Below the pieces are notes generated by a model that saw nothing but the letters and a program-made list of their open reading frames with translations, was not told the DNA's origin and made no database searches. This document shows positions 1 to 12,300 of a DNA stretch of 64,000 nucleotides, one piece after another; position 1 is the stretch's first letter, and each line of letters begins with the position of its first letter. The translations under genes and the position numbers were made by a program. The stretch is taken from the NCBI RefSeq assembly GCF_963676685.1, contig NC_092347.1:99076001-99140000 (forward strand), read 5' to 3'. This DNA is from Mytilus edulis (taxonomy: Eukaryota).

Positions 1-108
1 ACCGTCCCATGATCCTTGATTGTAACTATCATAACTGCGGCGAGCACTGGCTAAAGAAACTAACACAGCAACATGAGCAAGCCCGATAACAATTGCAAAT
101 GTGTTCAT
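1..108 (-). CDS. Gene A (partial, runs off the window): first coding exon of a secreted G/N/R/S/W-rich precursor family member
   Basis: Reverse complement reads tttacag|aaaccATG, giving MNTFAIVIGLAHVAVLVSLASARRSYDSYNQGSWDG. Hydrophobic signal peptide; SYNQGSW matches gene B SYNQRSW; same cag|aaaccATG context as gene B. Non-coding exon 1 is ~688-624 with a GTGAGT donor at 623-618. Missed by the ORF track. Confidence 0.85.
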   Translation of the reverse strand, partial: MNTFAIVIGLAHVAVLVSLASARRSYDSYNQGSWDG

Positions 109-699
109 GGTTTCTGTAAAACAAAAAGATACATCAGCGTTATTATACCAAATTAACAATGATAAAGAAATCTTGTGTGTTTTGACGTTATTTTTATGTG
201 ATCCTTATAGATATGAAGCGTTTACTTTGCTATCAATCTATTTCAAAAGAAATTGATACATCTGCTTTAATATCTTAATCTTTTAAACGCGTTTTGATAA
301 ATTGATTCATAAATCAAGTAGAAGATATATGCTTAGTACGAAATGTTTCATGAACGTTTTCCAATTGCAAATATTTGACAAGAGTTATTCTTATTGGCTT
401 TGTTACCTCTTATTGTGAGGAATGCATATAAACTGAATATTTTTATTTTAACATTAATTAAGAATAAAGTTTTTCTTCGCCAGCATTCTTGAACATCTTC
501 GAGATGTATTTGGAATACAACAGAAAGTTTTCTTTGGATCAAATACAATATAAAATCATATTAAAGAGCTTAATTCATATAACTTGTAGATAAATATATA
601 AGAAAAAGCAATGAACAACTCACATGTTTTTTTCTTTTAGAGTATGATGTACTGTAATGGATTGTAAGACACAAATGGATAGAGAACTGAGATAACATT

Positions 700-840
700 C
701 TTCTTTTATACTATTTTGATACAAGGAAATAAATATTGGGGAATAATAAAACTCAAAATAAATCAACTGAACTACGTAGATTTTTTATTATACCATTACA
801 GGTTGTGAAGGTTATGACCAACATGTCAATGTCACTCGCA
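700..840 (-). promoter_or_regulatory. Gene A core promoter
   Basis: TATAAAA at 710-704, TTTCCTT at 729-723, TCAGT initiator-like motif about 20 nt downstream of the TATA start. TACGTAGT and TGACAT..GGTCAT..AACCTT motifs are shared with the paralogs. Confidence 0.65.
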
Positions 841-1289
841 TAAGTAATTTTATGATCACATCTATCATTTACAAATAAAAGGTTCATTATTACGCATTCA
901 CTTTACTAATTATACATCATAAAAACTGCCATAAATAATTTGTAGATTGTGGCATTAACTTTAAGTAAATAAAGACTATTATAAAAGAAAAAAGTTTCAC
1001 TGAACATCAAGTTTAAAAAAATTAATGTTTGAACATAAAGATTTTCTGTGTTTTTTTAATATTTTTTGTTTTATATTAATTACGAGGGTAGACCTACTAT
1101 ATGGGAGACAACTCTTACCCATGTATTTAAAGTCATTTGTATGTTTAACCATAGCAATAATTTCAAAAGTGATCAAGCAATTATGTTGTCTACATTTGAC
1201 TGTGAGAATGATGCAAACTTGTACATGTTACACACCAACAAGTATTACATTAAGGAACTTCTTATTTTTAAGGATTAATAAGCAAGATA

Positions 1290-3420
1290 TGAAAGTGAAG
1301 ATGACAATAACAATCAGAACCAAGGAGTAGACAAAGACTCATAAAACCAAAATACATTTACATCAACAGTTACAAATAATGAATAAGAAACCACAAGAAC
1401 TCTACTAAAAACCGGGAGTGAACTCAGGTGCTCCGGAAGGGTAAGCATTTCCTGCAACGTATACGGCAACCGTCGTGTAATTTCTTTGTTCAGGTCGGTA
1501 ATGATGGAAGGTTATTATGACTGAGGAAGAATATCAGATATGATTTCTGACACACTTGTGTCATGATGGCCAATCAGCTCATGATTGCGACCGTAACATT
1601 TTTGAGTGATGACCTTAATTTAATTGATTCATAGCCCTGTCTTAGCAACTTTTGAGGAAGCAGTATTCCTTGTTAAACAAAAGCAACGTACTTTGCGCTA
1701 GATCTAGAGTAACGTATAAATTGAGACAAATATACTCCATATGCTGGGGCCGCTAGGATATTGCTACACAGAAATGGAAAGTTGACTATAGAAAAATTAA
1801 AGTCATCGCGTTTTTATAAAGTTTGGTATTTAACCTACCAAGTAATCATTTCGAGAAAAAGGTCTGAATATGAAGCAGATTTATCTGTGTCGGTAGTATT
1901 TTTGATTTCAAGTTCACTTGGATATATTAAATGTAAGTGATCATTGAATCAATTATTATTCAGAGACAGTACATCATCAATATGCCGAAAGGTGAAATTA
2001 AAAGACTGGGCTAATTTCTTTTCTCCTTTCTGCAATTCTGTTTTGACTTGAGTAATCAAATGTATGTTCATAATTATAAATTAACTGATAACAAAACTTT
2101 GAATTTTGAAAAACTAAGGCTTTTCTTCCTCAGGAATAGATTACCTTAGCTGTATTTGGCAACACTTTTAGGAATGTTGGTCCACAATGCTCTTCAACGT
2201 CGTACTTTATTTGGTCTTTCAAACATTATTTGATTCGGGCGTCACTGATGAGTCTTTTGTAGACGAAACGCGCGTCTGGTGTAAATATAAATTTTTAATC
2301 CTGGTATCTATGATGAGTTTATCTGTAAAAGCCCTTGGATAAATTCTGCTTCATAGGAATATAAAAACAAATCTGCAAGTAGATGAATGCAGTGGGATTC
2401 CAATAGTCTGTCGGAAGACTAAACCTCCAAATGCAACAAATATGTTGTCAATTAAAAAGTCCAGCATGGGATTGATATCCTCTTCGGTGTATTTTTTGCT
2501 TGACTCTGAATGATTTTTCACAAAGAAAACCGAATTCCTACCAAAAACTAGATATTTAAAACGTCTAGTGCCCTTTTTGTTAAAGAAACATAAGTTGACG
2601 AGTTCTTTCAGTCGAGCATTAAGTTTAGTATCTAGAATAGTGGTATAAAGAGTTGAAAATTCAAAGGTTTTAATGTTGGTACAATGTTTTAATGATTGAG
2701 GTTGTAAATTAACTAATAACTCTTTCGAATTTTTCAGTATACACATCTGATTAACACAACTTCTTGAATATGCCGTGTCGAAATATTTCTGAAGTCCTTC
2801 TTTAACTGCAGTGAGTATGACAGTAAGAACTTCAGAAAGGGGTCCAGTGGAACACTTGGAAGAACCTGCAATATACCTTTCCTTTTAATGATGCTTAGCA
2901 ATCCAATATAAGGATGGAAGATCCTGATCTTCATTTTTTGGATTAACACCAAAGGAGATTAGAATCGATTTGTGGTTTTCAAGAATGTCATGCTTCGTAA
3001 GCGTACTAAGTGTACATGTAGGATTTCCAATAGAAAATTACTATTCATTCATAAAATGCTGTAAAAATCATCAATGTAATGAGGAGTTCTGGAACGACTA
3101 TATCTTTGGAATTTTTCAAATGTGGTACAAGTTTGACTTCTGCAAATTAAAGAATGCAAAGACAGTCTGTAGAAGCTTTTGTAGGGGGAACTATTTAGTT
3201 CCAAAACTTTCATTTTTTCTTGTGTCTTGTAAGCCAACTTGTTTACAGATTTTGAAAATTTCATATGTTATTTGTTATGAAACCTATTGCTTTTAGATCA
3301 TTCGACATAGTTTTGAATTTTATATTGATCACTCCTTGCATAAGTTATACGACTTCCTAAAGGAATCGATAAAAAGAATTTTCTTAACACTTTATTCTTT
3401 ATAAAAAAAAGATTTTTTTA
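1290..3420 (-). mobile_element. Decayed Penelope-like retroelement (reverse transcriptase fragments), interrupted by a retrozyme-like repeat at ~2070-2320
   Basis: Frames give IKTFEFSTLYTTI, FLIDNIFVAFGGLVFRQTIGIP, FRHIDDVLSLNN, IYPSELEIKNTTDTDKSASY and KLYKKRDDFNFSIVNFPFLCSNI. Multiple frameshifts. Confidence 0.8.
2239..2282 (+). ncRNA. Minimal type I hammerhead ribozyme in a retrozyme-like repeat (intact core)
   Basis: gcgtca-CTGATGA-gtct(tttgt)agac-GAAA-cgcgc-GTC-tggtgt: conserved core boxes, 4-bp stem II, palindromic stem III, stem I with G-U pairs. Confidence 0.8.
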
Positions 3421-3721
3421 CTGTATTGTAATTTCGTACTTTATAACAGCCGATGAAGTGAGATTTAAGAGTGGTTAAACAAGAAATGAAAAGTTATTAT
3501 ACTTTGACTTATTCAGTAACGTAAAATATCAATATTTTCTTTACGACGTCACTGGATCTATTTTTAAAAATCAACAGTCTGTTTAACATAGCTCAAGGAT
3601 ATATCTTTCTTATGTTTACAAAGTGTATTACTTAAAATAATCATGTCAACTTTGTGTATATGACATTTACAAACAATCTTAGATTATCTTTGTTGGCATC
3701 AAAATATTCATAAAGATGCGT

Positions 3722-4610
3722 TTAAACTCATCATAGATACAAAGATTAAATTTTGTATTTACGCCAGACTCACGTTTCGTCTACTCAAGACTCACAAGTG
3801 ACGCTCGAATTAAAAAAAAAACACAAAACCAAATAAAGTACGAAGTATAAAAGCATTGAGGACCAAAATTTCTACAAGTTTTGCCAACTAGCATAGTCAA
3901 CTGCTATCACATACTGTTATAGATACAAAGATTTGGTTTGGAAGTTCAACCGTAGAAAATTACAAACGAGATATCACATCCAGCGTATAAAAATGTAATT
4001 GGTTTTGGAGCCCAAATTTTCAAAAACAAATCAAAGGCAAATCAATTGGCAAAAAAAAACAGATAGTATAGGTAAACATTTCAAAATTTGATTACCGTAG
4101 ACAAATATAGGCAACAGTAGTATACCGCTATCCGAAATTCATAAATCGATTGAGAAAAAAACAAATCCGGGTTACAAACTAAATCTGAGGGACACACATC
4201 ACATATAAGAGAGCTACGACACAACAGAAACATAACAATAAAATATAACACGCACAGTCGAGAACTATAGTATCATAATTGCAATTTCCCTGACTTGGCA
4301 CAGGACATTTTAAGAAAGTATATAAACTCATCATAGATACCAGGACTAAATTTTGTGAATACGCCAGGCGCGTTTAGTCTACAAAAGACTCATCAGTGAC
4401 GCTCGAGTCCAAAAAAGTTAAATGGGCCAAATAAAGTAAGAACTTGAAGAGCATTAAGGACAAAAATTCTTAAAGTTTTGCCAAATACAGCTAAGGTAAT
4501 CTATGCCTGAGGTAAAAAAAAGCCTTAGTATTTCAAAAATTCAAACTTTTGTGAAGAGTAAATTTATAAATATAACCATATCAATGATAATTCATGTCAG
4601 CACAAAAGTA
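3722..4610 (-). repeat. Two further copies of the hammerhead-bearing repeat (3722-3890, 4322-4610) with mutated cores, plus a GGCAACAGTAGTATACCGCT-family fragment at ~4108-4310
   Basis: Start motif aaactcatcatagatac; cores read CTTGTGA in one copy and TAAA instead of GAAA in the other. Confidence 0.7.
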
Positions 4611-5593
4611 AGCAGTGTGCTATTAAACTTAATCACTATAAAACAAACAATAACTATGTCAACAAGGAACAACACAATGCCATATAAATACTTTAAAGAC
4701 ATAGCACATTCGCAAAATAAATGAAGACGAAAATACAAAAGATAATTCTTATGCAACATTGTTTAATTTGTAACGTTCATTTTGATGTGATAACGTCACC
4801 AATACTCACGACATCAATTCACAAGTGATGCTATGAAAACGTAGCGAAAAAACGCAGACGACGTTGGACAGATTTTAAGTGTTTGATTTTGCGATGTTTT
4901 CTAACAGTTTAATTATATTGAGAGGATAAAATTGAAAATGAAAATCAGGATTATGTCAGAGACAACAACCAGACCAAAGAGTAGATAACAACGTAGACGC
5001 ATGGTCAGTTAACTTAGTGTACAATCATCAAATCACCAATTTGGAGCTTAAAATACAATACTGTTTTCTCCTTACACATCGGTGAACACGAATTTGACAG
5101 CTCGGGTCCCTATAATAATAGAGCATTTCTTGCGTTTTCGATTTATTTAATCAACAAATTAAAAACACACATACATGTGTATAGAAACTTGCAAATTACC
5201 AGGTATCTCAAAAAATACGATTTAAAAATCATTTCGAGTTTTGGCAAATTTATCATGAAAATGCATGTTTTTTCTCAAATCGCAAAAATCGCAAGAAGTG
5301 TTACACGGGGCTAAAGAAAATGTGTGTTAAGTTAAATTTTACAAGTCCATGTACAATTATTAACGTATTTCTTCCAGTTTCATTAATTTTAAAAATTTGT
5401 GAGACATAGAAAAGGTTTTAGGCATAAAGGAATATATCTATATTTTAATACTGATCTTTAAAATTTTACTTCTATCTCTACTGTACTTTTAATACTTCAC
5501 GATTATATTAAACTGAATGTATAATGATAGACGTAATTTGTATATGACAGATGTGCCCATAAATTTCACATAAGAGACTTAACATCTAGCCAA

Positions 5594-5801
5594 TGACATT
5601 GATTTGTTGATCATTGTCGTAACCTTTACATCATATAACTGTTTATTGATATACGTAGTCTACTTGTGTTATTTTGGTTTTCAAAAATCCCCATTTAGCA
5701 GTGTTTCCTTTAAAAAATAGTATAAAACCGAAATGCTATCTCAGTGTTCTCTATCGCATATCGTATCATTCATCAAATACTTTCAAGAAAAGAAAACACA
5801 G
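5594..5801 (+). promoter_or_regulatory. Gene B promoter and non-coding exon 1
   Basis: TTTCCTT at 5704, TATAAAA at 5721-5727, TCAGT at 5741, donor CAG|GTAAGT at 5801/5802. Confidence 0.7.
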
Positions 5802-6336
5802 GTAAGTTATTTACTTAGTTTGTTTATATCAATTTAGAAAATTTTTACTATCTCAGCTGTTTCAATCTCATATTTATTAGAAAATGATACTTGGTTACTG
5901 CTTTTTCAAATAAATAAATGTCATAACTTTGCTGATTGATATTTCAAATTAAAAAGCGTGATAATAACAACCCTCGAAAGAGCATCGTTTTCCTGTATCA
6001 TTTTTTAGTATTGTTTCACTCATCGTCTTATAGAGATACAGCGGCTCTTTTCACAAAATGCGTTAACAGTAACAAAAATCGTACGTTAAACATTTTTCCA
6101 GAAATCGATTAAAAAGAATACTTAGTTTTATGTACCTTTTTGGAAAACTTAATAATTTGACAAACGTTTTTTGTTGTGTCATATTATTAGCAATGCACAC
6201 TTTTTATTCCAAATTTAAAATTTTTTTCAATGATTTTTATTTGCCCTGTTGTAGCATAAATATTTATGTTGTAGCTTTAATCACAATTAAATTGATAAAG
6301 TATTTAATAATTTAATTTATCCTTTTTTCAGAAACC

Positions 6337-9300
6337 ATGAATACCTTAGTTTGTGTTGTTATGCTTGCTGTGCTGGTAACTTTAGCCACTGCTAACAGTT
6401 ATAATCAACGATCATGGGGTTCACAGGGATCCAGAGTTTTGGGAAGTAGATGGAATAGTAGACAGCTGAATAATGGTTGGAATAGTGGTTGGAATGGTGG
6501 ACGTCTGTCAGGGGGATTAAATGGCGGATATCGAAGTAAGTTATATAATATTTATTCCATTTATCAACAGAGATTAGCAAATGTCCATTATTGTTGGTTT
6601 ATAAACTACAATTTGGGCTTCTTATTCACACATAAGCCACGTTCTTATTTATATGACGTAGGTTGACCAACAAAAGTATACAACCCCCCTTTCATAGATA
6701 TAAGTCATTCATATGAGCAAGTAGTACCCAACATTGCGTCCATTCATAAATTCTGAACAAATTTCAAAATAGTCAATGTTTACTGTATTTTTTTTTATGA
6801 AAGGATGCATGCAAAATATCTAAATTGCTTATTTCTAAAAGTTTACTATTTTTGGACGTTATGTTGCTTTCGTTGTAACTTTTTTCAAATTATACTTCAA
6901 AAGAAGAGGGACGAAAGATACCAGACTCATAAATCGAAAATAAACTGACAACGCCATGGCTAAAAATGAAAAAGACAAACAGACAAAGAATACAACACAT
7001 GACACAACATATAAAACTAAAGAATTAGCAACACGAACCCCACCAAAAAATGAAGTGTAAGCAGATCCTTCTCCACATGTGGCACCCATCGTGTTGCTCA
7101 TGTTATAACAATTTAATGTATATGTAAAAAAGGAATTTTATACTTATTATTATTAGATGAATGAGCGTAAATAGGTTGATATGTTTTATCTACTAACATG
7201 TATGAATGGAGCACCAATATAACTTGACATTTTGCACTTTAAATAATTATAAAATAATTATAAAACATGATATTACTTCTGTAGGGCACAAAAGAGCAGC
7301 TACATATGATCCATACAGAAGCAGTCATTTTGACAGTGGATTAGGACGTTTTGACAGATGGGGGATTAATTCAGGGAGGAGATCTAATTTAGGGTGGGGA
7401 TCTAATTCAGGATGGAGTCAACAAGGTAAGTTTCGATTATGCATCAGATTAGATTTTCTCAGCATCTCTGAACTGTCATATGTCTCATTATGTTTAATTA
7501 TTCTTTTAAATGCACGGCCGACACTCGGCTAACCGAGAGTTTGGTCGGTTAATCTATATTGAGTATGCGGCTATATCGGCGGTTGGTCTGTTAATCGGGT
7601 TGGTTATACGTCTGTTAAGAGTAAAACTCACAATTTAATGTTAAACTCTGTTAAATATACAGATTTTTGCCATATTATGAGAACCACATAAAAAAAAGAA
7701 AAGTGTCTGACAAAATGATATCTATCATAGAACAGTTTCCACCAGTAAAAAAAATGCATAGCCTGCGCAGTTTTAAGTAAAACGAAAAGGCGTCTCGCAA
7801 GTATGTGGTTTTTATGCTTGTACGCATAGCAATATTTTGGATAGACGGCTAAAAAACATTTTTATATATGATTTAAAGGACACAAAATAGTACTTTGGTT
7901 CTAAAAAAATAATTGTCATTGATAAATATTTCATAATTGTTATATAAGTTGAGTAATACCACATTTTAATGAATATTAGGGGACTAAAGTCTGTTAATGG
8001 GTTTATCAATTTAAATCGTGTCAGTTAAGAGTTATTTAGCCACGACAATAGTCTTACTACCTTTAGTTTATATTTTCACATTGAAAAAAATTAGATGTAC
8101 TTGTGACGAAAAAATTACAATACGGTGCAACAGTATCCTTATAGAAAGAGAACTTTAATTTTAATTTTATTTCTTTGCATTTCCTTGAAGGGTATGTCAC
8201 TTCAATATAGCGTTATATGGACTGATTGGCCGCTCGAATTCGCACGAATTTATTATTTACGCCAAGTTATCAATCAGCCTTTTTTTTTTCTGTTCAAAGT
8301 CTGTAACATCTATGAATCTGTCATGTGTTGCAATGCAGCTGGTTAAATTAAGGCTTTTCTACCTCAGGAATAGATTACCTTATGCCGGCATCACACATTG
8401 GCGTATAGACCGGCGTGCACCAAACGTACAGAGAAAATTGACAAAGTCGGTATACGTTAGTTGCATGCCATAGGAACGCTTAGCAATCGTTCAAAGCGCG
8501 TTGCATAAGTTTGTAGTACGTCGACATACAAAGGTAAAATTGAGAAAGGAAATGGGGAATGTGTCAAAGCGACAACAACCCGACCATAGAGCAGGCCAAG
8601 GCCACCAATGGGTCTTCAATGTAGAGAGAAACTCCCGCACCCGTAGGCGTCCTTGATCTGGCCCATTAAAAAATATGTATACTAGATCACACAAGACTAA
8701 CAAAGACCAGAGGCTCCTGACTTGGGACAGGCGCAAAATTGCGGCGGGGATAAACATGTTTATGAGATATCAACCCTCCCCCTATTCCTCTAACCAATGA
8801 AGGAAAGTAAATACGCTTGATGAACGCTACAATCCCAGGAAATTTGTATGCAGCATAAAAAACATACAACATACGCCAACATACGTTTCTAGTACGCCCA
8901 ATACACGCTTAAAGCTCGTTTTGCACACGTTACAAATATGATTGACAGGTTAAATGCATCCAAAATTACTAGCGTATTGGCAGCGTAAATGATTTTGAAC
9001 ACTCCAGTGCTATACGCTGATGTGTGACGCCGGTATTAGTTGTGTTTCCTCAATGCTTTTCAACTTCGTGTTTTATTTGGCCTTTTAAGGACATCCGATA
9101 CAGTTTTTCGATATAATGTCATTTTTATAGTTTTGAAATATGTTGTAGGCCTTCGCGAGTTATAAAATAAAACACAAAATAAAACATAGGTCACCGTGCT
9201 CGTTTTCGAGAAAATTGAGGCTGAAAATTGGGGATATGTGCAATTTTGCAAAAAAGGCAGGCAATGTTATAAAATTTATGGAGCAAATATTCTTCGTCGT

Positions 9301-12300
9301 AAATTATTAAGATCGGGTTCAATTTGAAGCTGTGATAAGTGACAATAAGTAAAAAAAATAATCCCTACACGAATGACTATACAATTATTCAAGCCTTGCT
9401 TAAAATTGCGGACCAGATGCTCAAAGTGGTATTTTTTTAATCCAAAAATATGGAAATAAAGTGTTAATGGAAATGTCATTTTTATCATTTTTTGCATAAA
9501 CTGCATTTTGTCATGCTTTCTCCAAATCTCAAAAAAAATATATATGTCACCGTGCTGGATTCTATGATAAACGCGATTTATCCTAAAAATTGCGTCCCCC
9601 CCCCCCCCCTTTGTCACCTCAACGATAGCGCTAAAGTGCACGACGTCGCTGGCAGACTTTTTCGATGTTATCGCTGCAAATTTCCGGCGACATTTTTCAG
9701 ATGTATATATAAATATTGCTTGTAAAGAGCAACCTATAAATAGGTAATATTGTTTTCGGAAATAAAATCATGTAAGTCATGAATACATCTCTTTGTTTGT
9801 GGTCTAAGTGAGAAATATCGTAAGAAAAGTGATTAATTACTGATGATAATTTTTATGGCTTTTAAAATTAAAGACATTGCAATTTAGAACTTGACATACA
9901 GGTACATGTACTGTACACACTCGTGTATTAACGTATGTTTTAATTTATACCATATGTTGACCTCTAGATGTTTGTTAATTATTTGTTTTGTTTTGTTTGG
10001 TGGGCTGCTGTTTCATTACAATACTCCTTTAAATTCCTCCATTCACGTTTTAATCACTTTTTAGAATGTCACATTAATTCATAAAATTAAACTTTTATTC
10101 GGGTCAATGATAACAATTGAATAAAGTTGGGAGGCTCCTAAACAGTTTAAAATTCACAGTTTTTATAGCTGACTATGCGGCTTTTCTCATTGTTGAAAAC
10201 CGTACGGTGACCTGTAGTTGTTAATTTATGTGTCATGTTGTGTCTCTTGTGGAGAGTTGTCTCATTGGCGATTATACCACATCTTCTTTTTTTTTTTGTG
10301 TCAGAAAACAAAACAAAATCTTATAAAGGAGAATCTTCAATATGCTAAAGGATGCTTTTGTCCCGACAGAGAAACTATACCATAATTATTTCAATTTTTG
10401 ATTTGGCAAAAACGATTGAATTAATAGGGAGAGGACTGGACAAATTACCTATGCGCAATTTCATTGGTAAATTATAACTATATATTGTTTTCACCACAGC
10501 GCGACGCATTGCGGGGTACATAAAATATCGCACGTTCATTCCTCTGTCTGTTCTTCCAGTCCTTATGGTTAATTAGATTTTTTCAAGTATACAATTCTTG
10601 CCAAATTTCCATTAAACTGATATCGTATGGATACGTTCGAAAATCAGTGCATATCAACTATCCTTTAAAAAGAGTTATGTCATTCGAAAATTTTGGAAAT
10701 TGCATTGTATTTGCTGTCATTCCGTCATTTCTCTTATATATTTGTAAATGAAATAAAAAGAACAAAATAAACAGCTCGGAACTACGAGCGCATGATACGC
10801 ATGAAAAAAACCCATAATACATGTTTTAAAACAACACGGAAGGGGGGGGGGAATAATTCAACAAACAAGTATGTGAATTTGCAATAATTTTCTATTATTT
10901 CTGAGATACAGTGCGACATGTGAAAACCATCTCTTTTTTCATAAACTCATTAACTCTAAAAATAAAATTTGAATCATCCTCAAAAAGTATACAGATCTTC
11001 AGACATGTTTACGACGAACAGACGGAAGCCGGACATTTGTATACCATAATACGTCCTGTCAAAATTTTGCATGAAATATTTGCCACTGGACGTTAAACAA
11101 CCAACAATCAATCAATTTATAGGACATAGTCTTGGTATTAAGCTGGCATTTAAAGAAGCATCGTCCTCATATCAAAAATGATAATTGACATGCATTATAT
11201 TAGTAACACCAAAAAGGGTCAGTCATCTCGAGATTGCTAACTATACGATATTTTGTTGAAGATCTCACAGAAACAGTAATGTGTTTTATTTCTTATGGTT
11301 TTATTAGACTGCTATCCTGTTAGAATCAAATGCACTAATATTAATGGTGTAGAAGTTAGATGCTGGAGAAACAGAAATTGGAGCATCGAAAATCCACATT
11401 ATGTTTCTAATTACGGAAAATTACACGCATTACGTCCCGCTAAAAGTGACGTTTTGCGGGCGCGCCAAGAGTTAACTCCCTTGAAACTGTATCGGATGCC
11501 CTTAAACATTTTTTTCGTCACTGATGAGTTTTTCGTAGACGAAACGCGTGTCTGGCGTAAATATAAGGCGTAAATATAAAATTTCAATCCTGGTATCTAT
11601 GAGTATCTCCGGTATGTATTGTCTTTTGAAACTAATATTACTTTGATATTACACTTTTTGAAACCAGTTCTATCAATTTTCAGATTCCATTGTCTAAACT
11701 TATGTTTCATTGTTCATGTGTTGTTTCCATATATTCTAGCCACTAATCTTGAGTCTATCCCTTTATTCAGATAACACCCCATATAGCAATTAAATTATGC
11801 TTGTAATGTCATTCATAACTCTTAACAGACCAATTAACAGACCGAGTTTTATACATCCGACCCATTAACAGACCACATTTTTATCAAAAATTGATTTATG
11901 TCACCAAAATACAGTTTTTCGTGTAGATTTTTCACATATTGATGTTAATATGGTAAACAAACATAATGCCTGTCTTTTTTCGATGTTCAAAATATTGCAT
12001 GCAAGTAAACTCAACCAACTTGTCATTTTTGTGTACATTTTGTGTGTGTAAAATGTGTATAAATTTACTGATGAGTAACTCGCCTTTTCATTTTATAGAT
12101 CGTTTATTGAAGCTAGAAAAAAAAAAATTACACCACTGGATTCAGTACTCCAAATCGTTTTGTCAGACATGAATAGTTTTTATGATATAAATATAATTAA
12201 AAAGTTATACAATGAAACATAATAACCTTGCAATGATTTTCTCGATAACACCTGATTAACAGACTTTAGCCAACCCGATTAACAGACCAACCGCCGATAT

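Noticed and set aside
6337-7425. Identification as mfp-3, myticalin or another named mussel protein
   Set aside because: Only compositional similarity (e.g. NNGWNSGW); low Tyr, no Pro-rich core and a different precursor layout. No gene symbol assigned.
7604-12269. Transposase gene inside the CAC-ended element
   Set aside because: No long ORF or DDE-like motif; the interior is nested repeats and AT-rich filler.
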